Source: Patescibacteria group bacterium
Lineage (GTDB): Bacteria > Patescibacteriota > Microgenomatia > UBA1400 > UBA1449
NCBI GenBank assembly: GCA_050942955.1
Contig: JBMNOG010000002.1
Span: forward strand, 32,762-96,761
Length of the DNA stretch: 64,000 nt
Direction: 5' to 3'
Below the pieces are notes generated by a model. It worked only from the letters and a program-made list of their open reading frames with translations. It did not search any database and was not told where the DNA came from. The translations under genes were made by a program, and so were the position numbers. Shown here in pieces: positions 9,230 through 19,578 of the stretch (positions are counted from its first letter, which is position 1; each line of letters starts with the position of its first letter).

Positions 9230-10573
9230 ATGCATATTACTCTTGATACATCCTTGCTTATTGAAGAAAATATTGGCCCCAATGGCCTTTCCCGCACTCA
9301 AATAGAGAATCCTGAACTTGAATCTACTTTTATTAAAGTAAATGAGGATATAAAGAATAAAAAGTACGGCTTTATAAACTTACTTGAAGATAAAGATCTC
9401 CTCAAAGACTGTAAGAAAGTATTTGAAGAAATTTCTTGGGCAAAGCGAATGATTGTTGTCGGTATCGGCGGATCAGACCTGGGCGGCAGAATGTTAAAAC
9501 AAGGTTTAGAGACCGAAAACCCACCAATGGAAGTTATTTTTACGGGTGATACCACTGATCCTCTAGTCTACAACCAGCTCTTAAAAAACATTGATCCGGA
9601 TCAAACTGTAATTGTTGTCGTTTCAAAATCTGGTAGTACCACGGAGACTGCAGTTGGATATCTTGTTTTTAAAGAATTTTTTAAAGAAAAAATTGGTACC
9701 AAATGGTATAAACATTTTGTTTTTATTACAGATGAAAAAGATGGGATTCTAAGAGCCGAAGCCAGCACTTTAGGAATTACAACGCTCCCGATTCCGGCAG
9801 ACGTTGGAGGCAGGTTTTCTGTGCTATCTGCCGTCGGTTTGTTGCCAGCTCTGGCAATGGGGATTAACATCGGCAATCTCCTTGCTGGCGCAAATGTGTT
9901 TACTCAGCTTCTTGTTTCAACCCCGACAAATCGCAATGCCGCCTGGCAGATTGCTCTTTTTCAGTATCTGTATCAGAAAGAGAAGGGGATTAACACAGTT
10001 GTAATAATACCCTACATCGCTAAACTCGAGTTGTTTGCCGTATGGTTTAGGCAGCTCTGGGCAGAATCCCTAGGAAAAGACGGAAAGGGGATTTTACCTA
10101 TAAAGGCCATCGGTCCTGCTGATCAACATTCTCAGGTTCAGTTTTACAATCAGGGTACGTGGCTGAGTACGTTCCTGTTCATTTCCCAAAGACTGTACCC
10201 AGGTGAGATAACGGTAGTAAACTCAGAAATCGAGGAGCTTAAGTACCTTAATAATACTGATTTGGACGACATTATCAAAGCCGAATGTGAAGCTACACGT
10301 TACAGCTTAGCCAGCAGCGGCCGGCCCTCAGCTCACTTGGAAATTGAAACCCTAGATGAAATTCACCTTGGGGTTCTTATAGTTTTGTTTGAACTGGCTG
10401 TGGTGTATTTAGCTGAACTTCTAAAAGTAAATGCCTTTGATCAGCCAGGAGTAGAAGCAGGTAAAGAATACATGTACGGTCTTTTAGGTAGAAAAGGTTT
10501 TGAGGATAAAGCAAAAGAAATTGAAGACAAGAAAAATGGTCAAGTAAAAAGAGTAGTTACGTACCAAAGTTAG
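9230..10573 (+). CDS. pgi: Glucose-6-phosphate isomerase
   Basis: GIGGSDLG, SKSGSTTET, VGGRFSVLS, QLWAESLGK, DQHS and FDQPGVEAGK. Confidence 0.95.
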   Translation: MHITLDTSLLIEENIGPNGLSRTQIENPELESTFIKVNEDIKNKKYGFINLLEDKDLLKDCKKVFEEISWAKRMIVVGIGGSDLGGRMLKQGLETENPPMEVIFTGDTTDPLVYNQLLKNIDPDQTVIVVVSKSGSTTETAVGYLVFKEFFKEKIGTKWYKHFVFITDEKDGILRAEASTLGITTLPIPADVGGRFSVLSAVGLLPALAMGINIGNLLAGANVFTQLLVSTPTNRNAAWQIALFQYLYQKEKGINTVVIIPYIAKLELFAVWFRQLWAESLGKDGKGILPIKAIGPADQHSQVQFYNQGTWLSTFLFISQRLYPGEITVVNSEIEELKYLNNTDLDDIIKAECEATRYSLASSGRPSAHLEIETLDEIHLGVLIVLFELAVVYLAELLKVNAFDQPGVEAGKEYMYGLLGRKGFEDKAKEIEDKKNGQVKRVVTYQS

Positions 10574-10618
10574 TTTCCTAGTTTTCATATCTTGTGGTTA
10601 TAATACCTAGGTAGAGCA

Positions 10619-10873
10619 ATGGCAAGATATCTGGAAACAAAATTACCTGAAATACCCATTACTGATGAACAAGTTGATTTAATTCCAGAGGAAATTGTGG
10701 AGGTTCTTTTTTCCGGAGATGTAAATAAGCTCAAACTATTAGGTCTTACTCGAGGAGTTGCAGATATAATTACGATTTGCTTAGTAAATAACAGACTTCC
10801 CCCGGGATACAATAATTGGCCAGAGTTTTTAGACAGCCTTTGTAGCCCTTTTCTTAGTGAAGAAGATCTGTAA
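10619..10873 (+). CDS. Small hypothetical protein (84 aa)
   Basis: ORF fills the gap, with TATAAT 14 nt upstream of the ATG. Confidence 0.55.
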   Translation: MARYLETKLPEIPITDEQVDLIPEEIVEVLFSGDVNKLKLLGLTRGVADIITICLVNNRLPPGYNNWPEFLDSLCSPFLSEEDL

Positions 10874-10983
10874 CAAAGTAAACTTCTCTTGTTTCTTTTC
10901 CTTAACTAATGCTATTCTCAATATAGGTACTGTTTGTGCAGATACCAAAAAGCAATCTATTACTTGATTACTATTACCTGCCC

Positions 10984-12624
10984 ATGCCTGAAATTTCATT
11001 CAAAAACCCCGTTGCTTATTTTTGTGCCGAGTATGGTCTTGAGTCTCATCTTCCTATCTACGCCGGCGGGCTTGGCGTTTTAGCCGGAGACACAATCAAA
11101 GAAGCTGCAGACCAAAACTTCCCCATGGTCGCTGTTGGCCTTATGTACCGGGGAGAGGGTTTTGTTCAGGAAATTTCTGGTGATGGTTCCCAGATTGAAT
11201 CTAACTACGACTTTGATCCTCTATCTTCAGGATTTGAGCATGTATATGTTGATGAGATCCCGCTTTTTGTTAAAGTCCACATGACCGAGGTTGACGTTTG
11301 GGCCAGAGTCTGGAAGAAGACTATTAAGAATAACGTTGTTCTGTATCTTTTAGATACGGAGACTGACCAAAATCTTTTGCGTGAAAGAAGCATTGCCAGC
11401 GCCCTCTACTATGGCAGTGAAGAGGCAATCATTAAACAACAACTCCTTTTGGGTATTGGTGGGGTCAAACTCCTGCACGCCCTCAACATTCATCCGGCTA
11501 TTTATCATGTTAATGAAGGTCGACCGGCTTTCCTGCACTGGCAACTTATCAGAAGTTACATGGATGCTCATGGCATGTCCTATGATGAAGCTGCCCAGGT
11601 TGCCAAAAGAAAAACCGTTTACACTAACCACACACTGGTATCAGCCGGCAACCAAAGCTATAACATTCACCTTCTCAAATCCTATGGCCAGTACTATGCC
11701 GAGAAAATGGGCATTACCATTGACGCTTTGCTTGAACCTGGTATGGAAGGTGGCAGTGAACACTTTGTTATGACCCGCTTTGCTCTAAACACTTCAAGAA
11801 GAGCTTCGGGTGTTAGTCAGCTTCACTACAACCTCTCAAAAGAAAGCTGGCCGGAATACGACTGGGTCAGTATCACTAATGGGGTCCACATGCCTACCTG
11901 GCAGGACAACGAAATTAGAGACTGCAACAAAGAAGGAGATGACTTGTGGTTTGCTCACCTCAAGAAGAAACAGGAGTTAATGCAGTACATAGTTGATAGA
12001 ACCGGTTTTGGTTATGACCCTAGCCGTCTAGTAATCGGCTGGGCCAGACGTTTTGCGGAGTATAAGCGTGCCAATGAATTGTTTGCTGACGTAAATAGGT
12101 TGGTAGCTATTCTAAAAAATGAACGCAGACCGGTACAGCTTCTTATGGCAGGCAAGGCTCACAGAAATGACACGAGAGGGAAAATGCTCATCCAAGAAGC
12201 TATTCACTACATGAAAAATGAGCTTTCTGGGCACGCCATGTTTATCCCCAATTATGATATTGATGTAGCCCAAAAAATGATTAAAGGCTGTGATGTTTGG
12301 ATTAATACGCCAACTCCGGGCAAGGAAGCTTGCGGTACTTCAGGTATGAAAGCCATTGCTAACGGAGTTCTTCAGTGTACAGTTAAAGACGGCTGGACAG
12401 CTGAGGTTGAGTGGCAGGGAATAGGCTGGACTATGGAACCAAACCATGTTGCCGCTTCTTTCTACCACGTACTTGAAGATGAAATTGTGCCGATGTTTTA
12501 TAATCGGGACTTAAATGGAATTCCTCAGGAATGGCTGGCACGGATGAAAAAATCAATTGAACTATCAGTAAGATTTTCCGCAACAAGAATGCTCAATGAG
12601 TATAAGGAGATGTTGTACGCGTAA
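10984..12624 (+). CDS. glgP: Alpha-glucan (glycogen) phosphorylase
   Basis: YFCAEYG, YAGGLGVLAGD, HVNEG, ITNGVH, ARRFAEYKR and EACGTSGMK (PLP lysine). Confidence 0.93.
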   Translation: MPEISFKNPVAYFCAEYGLESHLPIYAGGLGVLAGDTIKEAADQNFPMVAVGLMYRGEGFVQEISGDGSQIESNYDFDPLSSGFEHVYVDEIPLFVKVHMTEVDVWARVWKKTIKNNVVLYLLDTETDQNLLRERSIASALYYGSEEAIIKQQLLLGIGGVKLLHALNIHPAIYHVNEGRPAFLHWQLIRSYMDAHGMSYDEAAQVAKRKTVYTNHTLVSAGNQSYNIHLLKSYGQYYAEKMGITIDALLEPGMEGGSEHFVMTRFALNTSRRASGVSQLHYNLSKESWPEYDWVSITNGVHMPTWQDNEIRDCNKEGDDLWFAHLKKKQELMQYIVDRTGFGYDPSRLVIGWARRFAEYKRANELFADVNRLVAILKNERRPVQLLMAGKAHRNDTRGKMLIQEAIHYMKNELSGHAMFIPNYDIDVAQKMIKGCDVWINTPTPGKEACGTSGMKAIANGVLQCTVKDGWTAEVEWQGIGWTMEPNHVAASFYHVLEDEIVPMFYNRDLNGIPQEWLARMKKSIELSVRFSATRMLNEYKEMLYA

Positions 12625-12633
12625 AACCGACCT

Positions 12634-12978
12634 TTACTTGTCGTACCAATCTGCTTCCTGTTGTTCTTTCCTCTGTTCTGCAACAATCCGCTCTGCTTTT
12701 TTACGACTACACCCGTACTGCCAAGCAGTATAACCTACTATATCCTCAACTAGAGTTGGAGGTCTATTATCCGACAACTCAAATTTATCCTGAGTGTAGA
12801 TTTCAGGCTGTAACCCAGAGTCTTCTCCGATCAGTTTATCCCTCAAAGAGGGTAATCCGGTTTGGTGATTTAAATCTCTACTTTGTAGAGGAACAGCAAT
12901 GCGTTGGATTTTACCTGACTCTACTTCACTAAGATCAAATAATGCTGCCTGATTTGATTGCACTTCTTTATATCCCAT
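12634..12978 (-). CDS. Hypothetical protein (114 aa)
   Basis: ORF preceded by extended -10 TGGTAAAAT, 6 nt before the ATG. Confidence 0.6.
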   Translation of the reverse strand: MGYKEVQSNQAALFDLSEVESGKIQRIAVPLQSRDLNHQTGLPSLRDKLIGEDSGLQPEIYTQDKFELSDNRPPTLVEDIVGYTAWQYGCSRKKAERIVAEQRKEQQEADWYDK

Positions 12979-13008
12979 AATATTATTTTACCATATCCTC
13001 ACTTATTC

Positions 13009-13716
13009 TTACAACTCTTTAAAAATTGCAAATATATTCTTATTTCGCCCTCTATCCTGACTCAAGAAAAAGCGTTCTTCCTGAAGAGCAGTGTTATTTT
13101 CTTTCTCAAAAAAACGTTCCCAGTCATATCCTTGAGACTGATGTGCTTTAATACTTTTTTCCTTAAAAGTAACTACTTGAGAAATGTCCACAACGTGAGT
13201 CGCTGGAAAAGGGACATAGTAAACGTAGGGATAGCGCGGCTTGTATTCTTCCGGTGCAACAAACAGGAACACTTTATCAACAATATCCCTGCATTCATAG
13301 GCAGCTTTGCTAGCTGCTAAAGAAGTGGCAATATGGTCTAAATGAAGAGATATTCCCGTGTGATCATAGGCTAGTACTACTTCAGGTTTTTCTTTTACTA
13401 TAATTTCTTTTATCTTCTCTACTAAATCATTATCAAATATGTGCTGGTTGTTTAGTGAACCATCAGAGTAGTCAAGGTAGTGAATGTTTGTAACACCAAG
13501 GATTGCTGCAGATTCTCTTAATTCTTGTCTCCGAAGGGCTTTTACAGAACCCAAAACTTTAAGTTTACCTGAAGCTAAAGGGTGAACCTGGCCGGCTGAG
13601 CCATCAGTAGTTTCAATAAAACTAACAGTGTGGCCTGCATTAGTAAGGCACTTTATTGTTCCTGAAATTCCAAAGGCCTCGTCATCTGGATGAGCCAAAA
13701 CAGCAAGAATGTTCAT
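13009..13716 (-). CDS. PIG-L/LmbE family deacetylase
   Basis: AHPDDE, TDGSAG, RRQE, HLDH and AHQSQ motifs. Confidence 0.9.
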   Translation of the reverse strand: MNILAVLAHPDDEAFGISGTIKCLTNAGHTVSFIETTDGSAGQVHPLASGKLKVLGSVKALRRQELRESAAILGVTNIHYLDYSDGSLNNQHIFDNDLVEKIKEIIVKEKPEVVLAYDHTGISLHLDHIATSLAASKAAYECRDIVDKVFLFVAPEEYKPRYPYVYYVPFPATHVVDISQVVTFKEKSIKAHQSQGYDWERFFEKENNTALQEERFFLSQDRGRNKNIFAIFKEL

Positions 13717-13762
13717 CAGAAGATACTATACCATCTCTTAAACTAGCTAACTCTCCAAGATA

Positions 13763-14440
13763 CTATTCAATCAAGGCCAAAAATTCTCCATCAAGTGCAT
13801 CAATTACAAAAGTCTGCCTATCAAAAGCATCCCGCAGAATCCATACTGGATAGCAATTAATCTCTTCCAATTCGGTTTCAATAGCATATTCCGCTTCTGG
13901 CATAAAAGTTTCAGAAGCTCCATTAGCTACCGCTATCCGACCGGCTTCAGCCAAGCTCACCTCAGGGGTTACTTCAGGATATTCATCTCTTATATCGCAA
14001 CGGGCAAATTCTTGGGTCATTTCTCCTTCCAAAGTTACAACTCCGTTAGCGATTTGAACAAAGTAGATGTTTCTGGTCCCAGAATCAATATAGTAAAAGT
14101 TCCATGCAGAGGCAATGTCATTTCTTAACCAATTACTATCTAACTGACTTGATAATGGGGTTGCCTGCCAGAGCACTACATCTACGCTCCAAGCTTGCGC
14201 TTGGGTGTAAGCAAGCTGGGCAGCTCCAGCAGTCGTATAGGGATCTATTGGCTCTATAACTTCCTGTTCTCCTACTGCCGGTGTTGGTGTTACTTCAGCC
14301 ACAGGAGTATCCCTGGGAAAGATCTCACGCACAGCAATTCTGAAAATTGCTCTACCCAAGAAGAAAAGCAATACAAAAAAAAGAATTATGGCTAAAATAC
14401 CAATGACTGTCTGAACAAGATTCATATACTTGCTAAACAT
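13763..14440 (-). CDS. Hypothetical single-pass membrane protein
   Basis: N-terminal hydrophobic helix, PT linker and an acidic ectodomain ending in a PepSY-like IDALDGE. Confidence 0.65.
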   Translation of the reverse strand: MFSKYMNLVQTVIGILAIILFFVLLFFLGRAIFRIAVREIFPRDTPVAEVTPTPAVGEQEVIEPIDPYTTAGAAQLAYTQAQAWSVDVVLWQATPLSSQLDSNWLRNDIASAWNFYYIDSGTRNIYFVQIANGVVTLEGEMTQEFARCDIRDEYPEVTPEVSLAEAGRIAVANGASETFMPEAEYAIETELEEINCYPVWILRDAFDRQTFVIDALDGEFLALIE

Positions 14441-14497
14441 TGTATGAAAACTCTGTAAAGAACGTGCAAAAACTAAGTGAGAAGTCGGTAATGATAC

Positions 14498-15046
14498 TTA
14501 GGCTTTTAAAATAGTAGTGTGGAGCTGAGTATAGACAGGACCATTCCGGGTTAGTTCGCTTTTGTAGAGACTAACTTTGGCAAGAGCGGACAGAGAAAAC
14601 ATAATTTCAGCAAGACTTCGAACTTGGGTTAGATTTAGCCGAATCCTGCTCCTAGCTAGGGTAATGTGTGGAACAAATGGCTTATGATCATATTCAATAC
14701 GGTATCTATCCAAACCTCTCCTTATGCTTTTACTCAGCGCTTGCATTTTCTTAGTTTCACCACTAACTTTGAGCACAATAATGCCGGCTTTCTCATCGCT
14801 TGGAAAACCACTCAAGTTTCCACAATCTATCTGGATTGGTTGGCGATTTTCTACTACAGTATTTAATATCTTACACACTGTCTGAACTTCCGGTTTTTTA
14901 AGATCTGGAAGAAAAACAAGAGTGATATGGAGCTGGCTTGGACTTACTACCCGAAGTTTTTCTTTTGAAAATAAAACTTTTTTTTGGATTAATTGTATTC
15001 TATCTTTTGTTTCCTCCGGAAGCTCGAGGCTAATGAATGCTCTCAT
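14498..15046 (-). CDS. thpR: RNA 2',3'-cyclic phosphodiesterase (2H family)
   Basis: MRAFISL plus two HxT motifs (LHITL, PHITLAR). Confidence 0.9.
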   Translation of the reverse strand: MRAFISLELPEETKDRIQLIQKKVLFSKEKLRVVSPSQLHITLVFLPDLKKPEVQTVCKILNTVVENRQPIQIDCGNLSGFPSDEKAGIIVLKVSGETKKMQALSKSIRRGLDRYRIEYDHKPFVPHITLARSRIRLNLTQVRSLAEIMFSLSALAKVSLYKSELTRNGPVYTQLHTTILKA

Positions 15047-15110
15047 AGTGTTGGCACCATTGTAGCAGGATTTTTAGTTTCCAAAAGCAGAGTGTGTTAC
15101 TATAAACTGC

Positions 15111-16196
15111 ATGAAAAAAGTTATTCTTTTAACCTTATTTTGCTTAACGGCCGGACTGGGATTTGTTTTATATATTGCTTACTACCTCAAACCGCAAAAA
15201 AATATTTATCCTCAACAAGTAAACATTGAATCGCAGTCTATTGAGATACATACAACCATTTCCAATCCAGTAACAACACTTGATGACATCTTCCATCCAA
15301 ATCCAAACAAAATAGCAACACTCTCAGCAAAAAGACTTAGAACCCTAGTTGCAACCGGCGATGTTATCCCTGCCCGATCAGTGAATGTTAAAACACTGCA
15401 GGCCGGGAACTTTATCTGGCCTTGGGAAAAAGTGCTCGGCTTTTTTTCAACCGGCGACATCACGTTTATAAACCTTGAATGTCCGCTTCTTGCTAACTGC
15501 CCACCCACTGATACAGGCATGATTTTCTGCGGTGACGCTAGACACATTGAAGGCTTGCTTGCAGCCAGGGTTGATGTAGTTTCACTAGCCAACAACCATG
15601 CTGGTAATTATGGGTTTGCCGGCATTGAAGAAACAGTAAGGCTTCTTAGGGAAAATAATATTGAATTTACAGGCATTAAAGGCCCAGTGTACAAAAATGT
15701 AAAAGGTCTTACGTTTGCTTTTTTAGGGTATAACGAAATTGGCTATAAGGAAGAAAGCTTGGCCTGGGCAGATGATGAAATTATCAGGCAGGAAGTAGCT
15801 GAAGCGAGGTTAAGCGCAGATATTGTTGTGGTCGCATACCACTGGGGAGTTGAGTACGTTACCCAACCAACTCCGAGGCAAAAAGAGTTGGCCCGTTTGG
15901 CAATTGATAGCGGTGCAGATCTGATTATCGGCAACCATCCTCATTGGATCCAACCTGTAGAAATCTATAAAGATAAAGTAATTGTTTATGCCCACGGCAA
16001 CTTCATTTTTGACCAGATGTGGTCTCAGGAAACCAGAGAAGGTATAGTCGGCAAGTACACCTTTTTTGATAACCAACTGGTAAACATTGAGTTTTTCCCA
16101 GTTCAGATTGATAACTACGGACAACCTCATTTTTTAGAAGGCGAACATAAGCAGCGAATTCTAAATAAACTGGAAAAGGAAAGTAGAACGCTGTAA
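15111..16196 (+). CDS. CapA/PGA_cap family metallophosphatase, membrane anchored
   Basis: GDV, NLECP, LANNH, HWGVEY, IIGNHPH and GNFIFDQ. Confidence 0.9.
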   Translation: MKKVILLTLFCLTAGLGFVLYIAYYLKPQKNIYPQQVNIESQSIEIHTTISNPVTTLDDIFHPNPNKIATLSAKRLRTLVATGDVIPARSVNVKTLQAGNFIWPWEKVLGFFSTGDITFINLECPLLANCPPTDTGMIFCGDARHIEGLLAARVDVVSLANNHAGNYGFAGIEETVRLLRENNIEFTGIKGPVYKNVKGLTFAFLGYNEIGYKEESLAWADDEIIRQEVAEARLSADIVVVAYHWGVEYVTQPTPRQKELARLAIDSGADLIIGNHPHWIQPVEIYKDKVIVYAHGNFIFDQMWSQETREGIVGKYTFFDNQLVNIEFFPVQIDNYGQPHFLEGEHKQRILNKLEKESRTL

Positions 16197-16200
16197 CAGA

Positions 16201-16464
16201 CTACGATAGCTCCGGCTCAGAATTAAATGTCGATGCTTTTAGCATGCCTTCAAAAATAACAGGGAGAAAGTTGATTATTTTTGCACTATTAGCAAGTACA
16301 GATACCTTATGGAAGCAAGCCTGAAAATGAGGATCTTGGGGATCAAATCCATATCTCTGAGCAATTTTGTCTTGGTTACTAATACTCCAGTTTTCTTTTA
16401 TAGTTAAATCAAGATCATCAACAGTTTCTGGGTTAATACCTGGTGATAGGATTTCCGCTGCCAT
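16201..16464 (-). CDS. Small hypothetical protein, possible three-helix-bundle dimerization domain
   Basis: AKIINFLPVIFE segment; TGCTAGTAT upstream. Confidence 0.5.
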   Translation of the reverse strand: MAAEILSPGINPETVDDLDLTIKENWSISNQDKIAQRYGFDPQDPHFQACFHKVSVLANSAKIINFLPVIFEGMLKASTFNSEPELS

Positions 16465-16509
16465 ATTTTAGATTTATACTAGCACGGCTAGAAAAGATTG
16501 CAATTAGTT

Positions 16510-16572
16510 CTCATCCCACTTACGCAGCCATTACCTCTCCTTTATTTTTCTTTAACATGAAAAAGGTATGTT
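16510..16572 (+). promoter_or_regulatory. 11-bp-period TTAC-like repeat array plus -10 box
   Basis: cttac 16519, attac 16530, tttat 16541 and ttaac 16552, then TATGTT at 16567. Confidence 0.55.
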
Positions 16573-16609
16573 TCCCTAGTAAAAACTTTCAAGGAGAGAA
16601 GGTGATTGT

Positions 16610-16825
16610 ATGGCACAAATACCCATGAATGTTGTCCAAAAAATTTGGGACGAATCAGAACATAGCTGGATGGGACTAAAAGACACTATTGAAGAACACC
16701 GTAACGCAGGATCACTGAGCAATGATCAAGCAGATCAAATGGTGGAGGCTATTAATATGGTTGAAGACGATGAATTCCCGCAGACCCCGGGTGAACTTCA
16801 TGCTGTTATGAACAAAGTCCCATAA
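16610..16825 (+). CDS. Small acidic hypothetical protein (71 aa)
   Basis: SD-like AAGGTGA upstream; clean ORF. Confidence 0.65.
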   Translation: MAQIPMNVVQKIWDESEHSWMGLKDTIEEHRNAGSLSNDQADQMVEAINMVEDDEFPQTPGELHAVMNKVP

Positions 16826-16927
16826 GAAGGATAATAAATTTTAGACATAAAAAGCCGTTTAGATTTCATTTGGACGTTCGATTACGAGCCAGTATAATAA
16901 AGTGGGTTAAAAAGTATAAGAAACTCT

Positions 16928-17365
16928 ATGAAAATCTACCCGTTTATACTAATTATTGTAGGGATTTTTTTTGGAGTGCTTATTCTACTTATTATTAACT
17001 ATTCTCAGAATAAACAAATTACTTCAGATCTCATAGAAACGAATGAAGAAATCTTACCTTCTAACTCTCCTGTAATCCAGCCACACGACAACTTCGAAGA
17101 AACCGGTACTCTTGTAAATTTTGATTCTGCAACAGAAACCGAAACCGACTATTGGTCTTTTGTTTATGAAAAACCGGGTTCTCCAGCTCTAAAAATGAAA
17201 CTTGAGTTTACTGATAAAAGTGTGTGTGTTATAAGCGAAACAGAAACTCCTTGTGATAAAGCAAAGCTAAACAATGGGGATAGAGTCAAAGTTGAAGGAA
17301 TAAAAACAGATAGCGACGTCACCGTACACAAACTCCAAACAGTCAAGGGTAATGTAGAACGATAG
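16928..17365 (+). CDS. Hypothetical membrane-anchored protein with OB-fold-like C-terminus
   Basis: N-terminal TM helix; LNNGDRVKVEG motif. Confidence 0.65.
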   Translation: MKIYPFILIIVGIFFGVLILLIINYSQNKQITSDLIETNEEILPSNSPVIQPHDNFEETGTLVNFDSATETETDYWSFVYEKPGSPALKMKLEFTDKSVCVISETETPCDKAKLNNGDRVKVEGIKTDSDVTVHKLQTVKGNVER

Positions 17366-17441
17366 TAACTAAGAAGTTAAATAGGAATTTTTTTCATATT
17401 AGATAGGGTTGTTAGAAACGGTAAAAAGGAAATTGTTCGCG

Positions 17442-18854
17442 TTACCGGGTAGGAAGAGGTATCGCCCTGTTTAGGTTTTTCGGATTTCTAAAGTACCTAA
17501 GGAGCAGTTTGTAAATATCTTTATCAAAAGTTCCCAACTCAGTACTTGCCACGGTTTCAGCTTTGCCTTGGCTAGAACTTGAACCCAACAAACACCAAGT
17601 ATCCACCAGAAACTCTTCGTACAACCCTTCATTTTCGTCAACTTCTACAATTTTTACAGAACCTTTAAACGGCCATTTGGAAATTTTGATTTTTCCAAAT
17701 GCTTCTAAAAACCTAACGTTGTATTTAACAGGCAGTTCTTTTTGGATGCAAGCGCCAAAACACTTTTTCAACTGATATGAAAAGCAGGCTTTGTTTGTTT
17801 TCTCCAGACCCAGTAGCTTCGGACAAAGATTATGGTCACTAGCCAGTTCCTCAAGTTTTGTGGTAGCTTGTCTCTTTGATTTAAAAACACCAACTACACT
17901 TTCAATTTCTTCCTTTAATACTGTTTTAGCTGTCTCCAAGCGTATCCTAAAGTACCCGTTTTCATCTTGGTACTTCTTCAAAAATACTAGTGCCTGGCTT
18001 ACCCTTAGCTGGCGGTTAAAGAGCGGTTGAAGTTTTTTGACTAAAATAGATTCGGTAATTAACGCCCCCAGTTCTCCGGCAGTTTTGATCGTTTCAATGT
18101 ACCTCACTTGCTGGGATAGCTTCATCTCTTTGGTGGATAAGTGATCATTCGTAAAGTGGGACTTAACCCTGTTTTTTATGTTCTTGCTTTTCCCCACATA
18201 CAAAGGCGCATCCTTCTCGCCGTAAAAAATATAGACACCACAACTTTCGGGTAAAGCTTCGATATCAGCTTCAGACATGTGCAGAGGAGTAGAGGGCTTC
18301 TTTAGGGCAAAATGAACTGCTTTTCCTAACGTTTCCGAAGATACAGAAATTTTTAAAGCATTGAAAAAATCCCAAAGCACCTTGGCATCATCATAGGCCC
18401 GGTGCCGGTTCTCGCAAGTAAAACCAAAGCGGTTAATAATACTGTCAAGGTTATGTCTGACATGCTGAGGAAAAAGAATTTTCGATAACCTTGCAGTGCA
18501 AAAATGACGGGAGGTAAACGTAATGCCTTCCCGCTTAAATTCATGTTTTAAAAAACTGTAGTCAAACCGGACATTGTGGGCTACAAAAACACAATCTTCA
18601 AGTATGTCAAAAACGTCTTTTTTTATCTGAGAAAACGTCGGCGCTTTTTCGAGGTCTGAATCTGTAATGTTGGTCATAGTCTGAATAAAAGGAGGAAGAT
18701 AGGTTAGGGGGTTTACCAATGTCTGAAATTCTTCAACAACTTTTTCGTTTTCAGTACGTATAATAGCCACTTCAATAATTCTGTCAGCTGTAATCCGACT
18801 GCCAGTAGTTTCAAGATCAACAAAAGCAATTTTCTGAGGTAAGTCGTATTTCAT
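17442..18854 (-). CDS. DEDDh 3'-5' exonuclease fused to a GIY-YIG (UvrC/Cho-like) domain
   Basis: VDLETTG, VAHNVRFD and HRAYDDA; GVYIF...LYVGKSKN...RV. Confidence 0.9.
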   Translation of the reverse strand: MKYDLPQKIAFVDLETTGSRITADRIIEVAIIRTENEKVVEEFQTLVNPLTYLPPFIQTMTNITDSDLEKAPTFSQIKKDVFDILEDCVFVAHNVRFDYSFLKHEFKREGITFTSRHFCTARLSKILFPQHVRHNLDSIINRFGFTCENRHRAYDDAKVLWDFFNALKISVSSETLGKAVHFALKKPSTPLHMSEADIEALPESCGVYIFYGEKDAPLYVGKSKNIKNRVKSHFTNDHLSTKEMKLSQQVRYIETIKTAGELGALITESILVKKLQPLFNRQLRVSQALVFLKKYQDENGYFRIRLETAKTVLKEEIESVVGVFKSKRQATTKLEELASDHNLCPKLLGLEKTNKACFSYQLKKCFGACIQKELPVKYNVRFLEAFGKIKISKWPFKGSVKIVEVDENEGLYEEFLVDTWCLLGSSSSQGKAETVASTELGTFDKDIYKLLLRYFRNPKNLNRAIPLPTR

Positions 18855-18961
18855 TTCTATTTGAGTGTAGTTGGGCCGCGCAACTATAGCAAGCCAAACC
18901 TGGTTTGAAAAGGGCAGGAAGGAAGGTTTGTCGGGTTTTTCTTGGGGGTTATAATGAAAGT

Positions 18962-19384
18962 ATGTCCTGGCTTATCTATGCAGCTCTGTCAGCTCTCTTT
19001 GCCGCAGCTACCGCAATTCTGGCTAAAATCGGGGTAAAAGACATTAACTCAAATTTAGCTACAGCTATCCGCACAGTAGTGATTTTACTTTTTGCTTGGG
19101 GCATAGTTCTGTTTCAGGGAGTTTATAAAGAGATAGGAACAATCAGCAAAACCAGCTTCATCTTTCTGATTCTTTCAGGAGTAGCTACCGGACTGTCCTG
19201 GCTTTTCTACTTCAGGGCCCTGCAAATCGGCAATGCCTCAAAAGTAGTCCCCATCGATAAGCTCAGTTTAGTACTCACCATAGTCTTGGCGGGTTTGATT
19301 CTCAAGGAGAAAATCACCCTTCCTATCGCCATTGGGGGAGTCCTAATGTCACTTGGAGCAGTCATCATTGGCTTAGCTAGGTAA
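18962..19384 (+). CDS. EamA/DMT family membrane protein
   Basis: Hydrophobic; SWLFYFRAL and VVPIDKLS; TATAAT 6 nt before the ATG. Confidence 0.88.
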   Translation: MSWLIYAALSALFAAATAILAKIGVKDINSNLATAIRTVVILLFAWGIVLFQGVYKEIGTISKTSFIFLILSGVATGLSWLFYFRALQIGNASKVVPIDKLSLVLTIVLAGLILKEKITLPIAIGGVLMSLGAVIIGLAR

Positions 19385-19578
19385 CCCTTCTTTTACCCAT
19401 TGCTTTTCTCTAATCAATTTCATAATCACAAAACTGTCACTATAAAGAGGGAGATGAAAGCTTGAGAGTATTGCAAAAATTACCAAAATAGATTTTCTTG
19501 CTTAGTTCTTACACTTCTTTGATTTTGTTATTACTCCGAATAAGCAAAATAGTTTCCATAATAAATAAACCAAAATGT

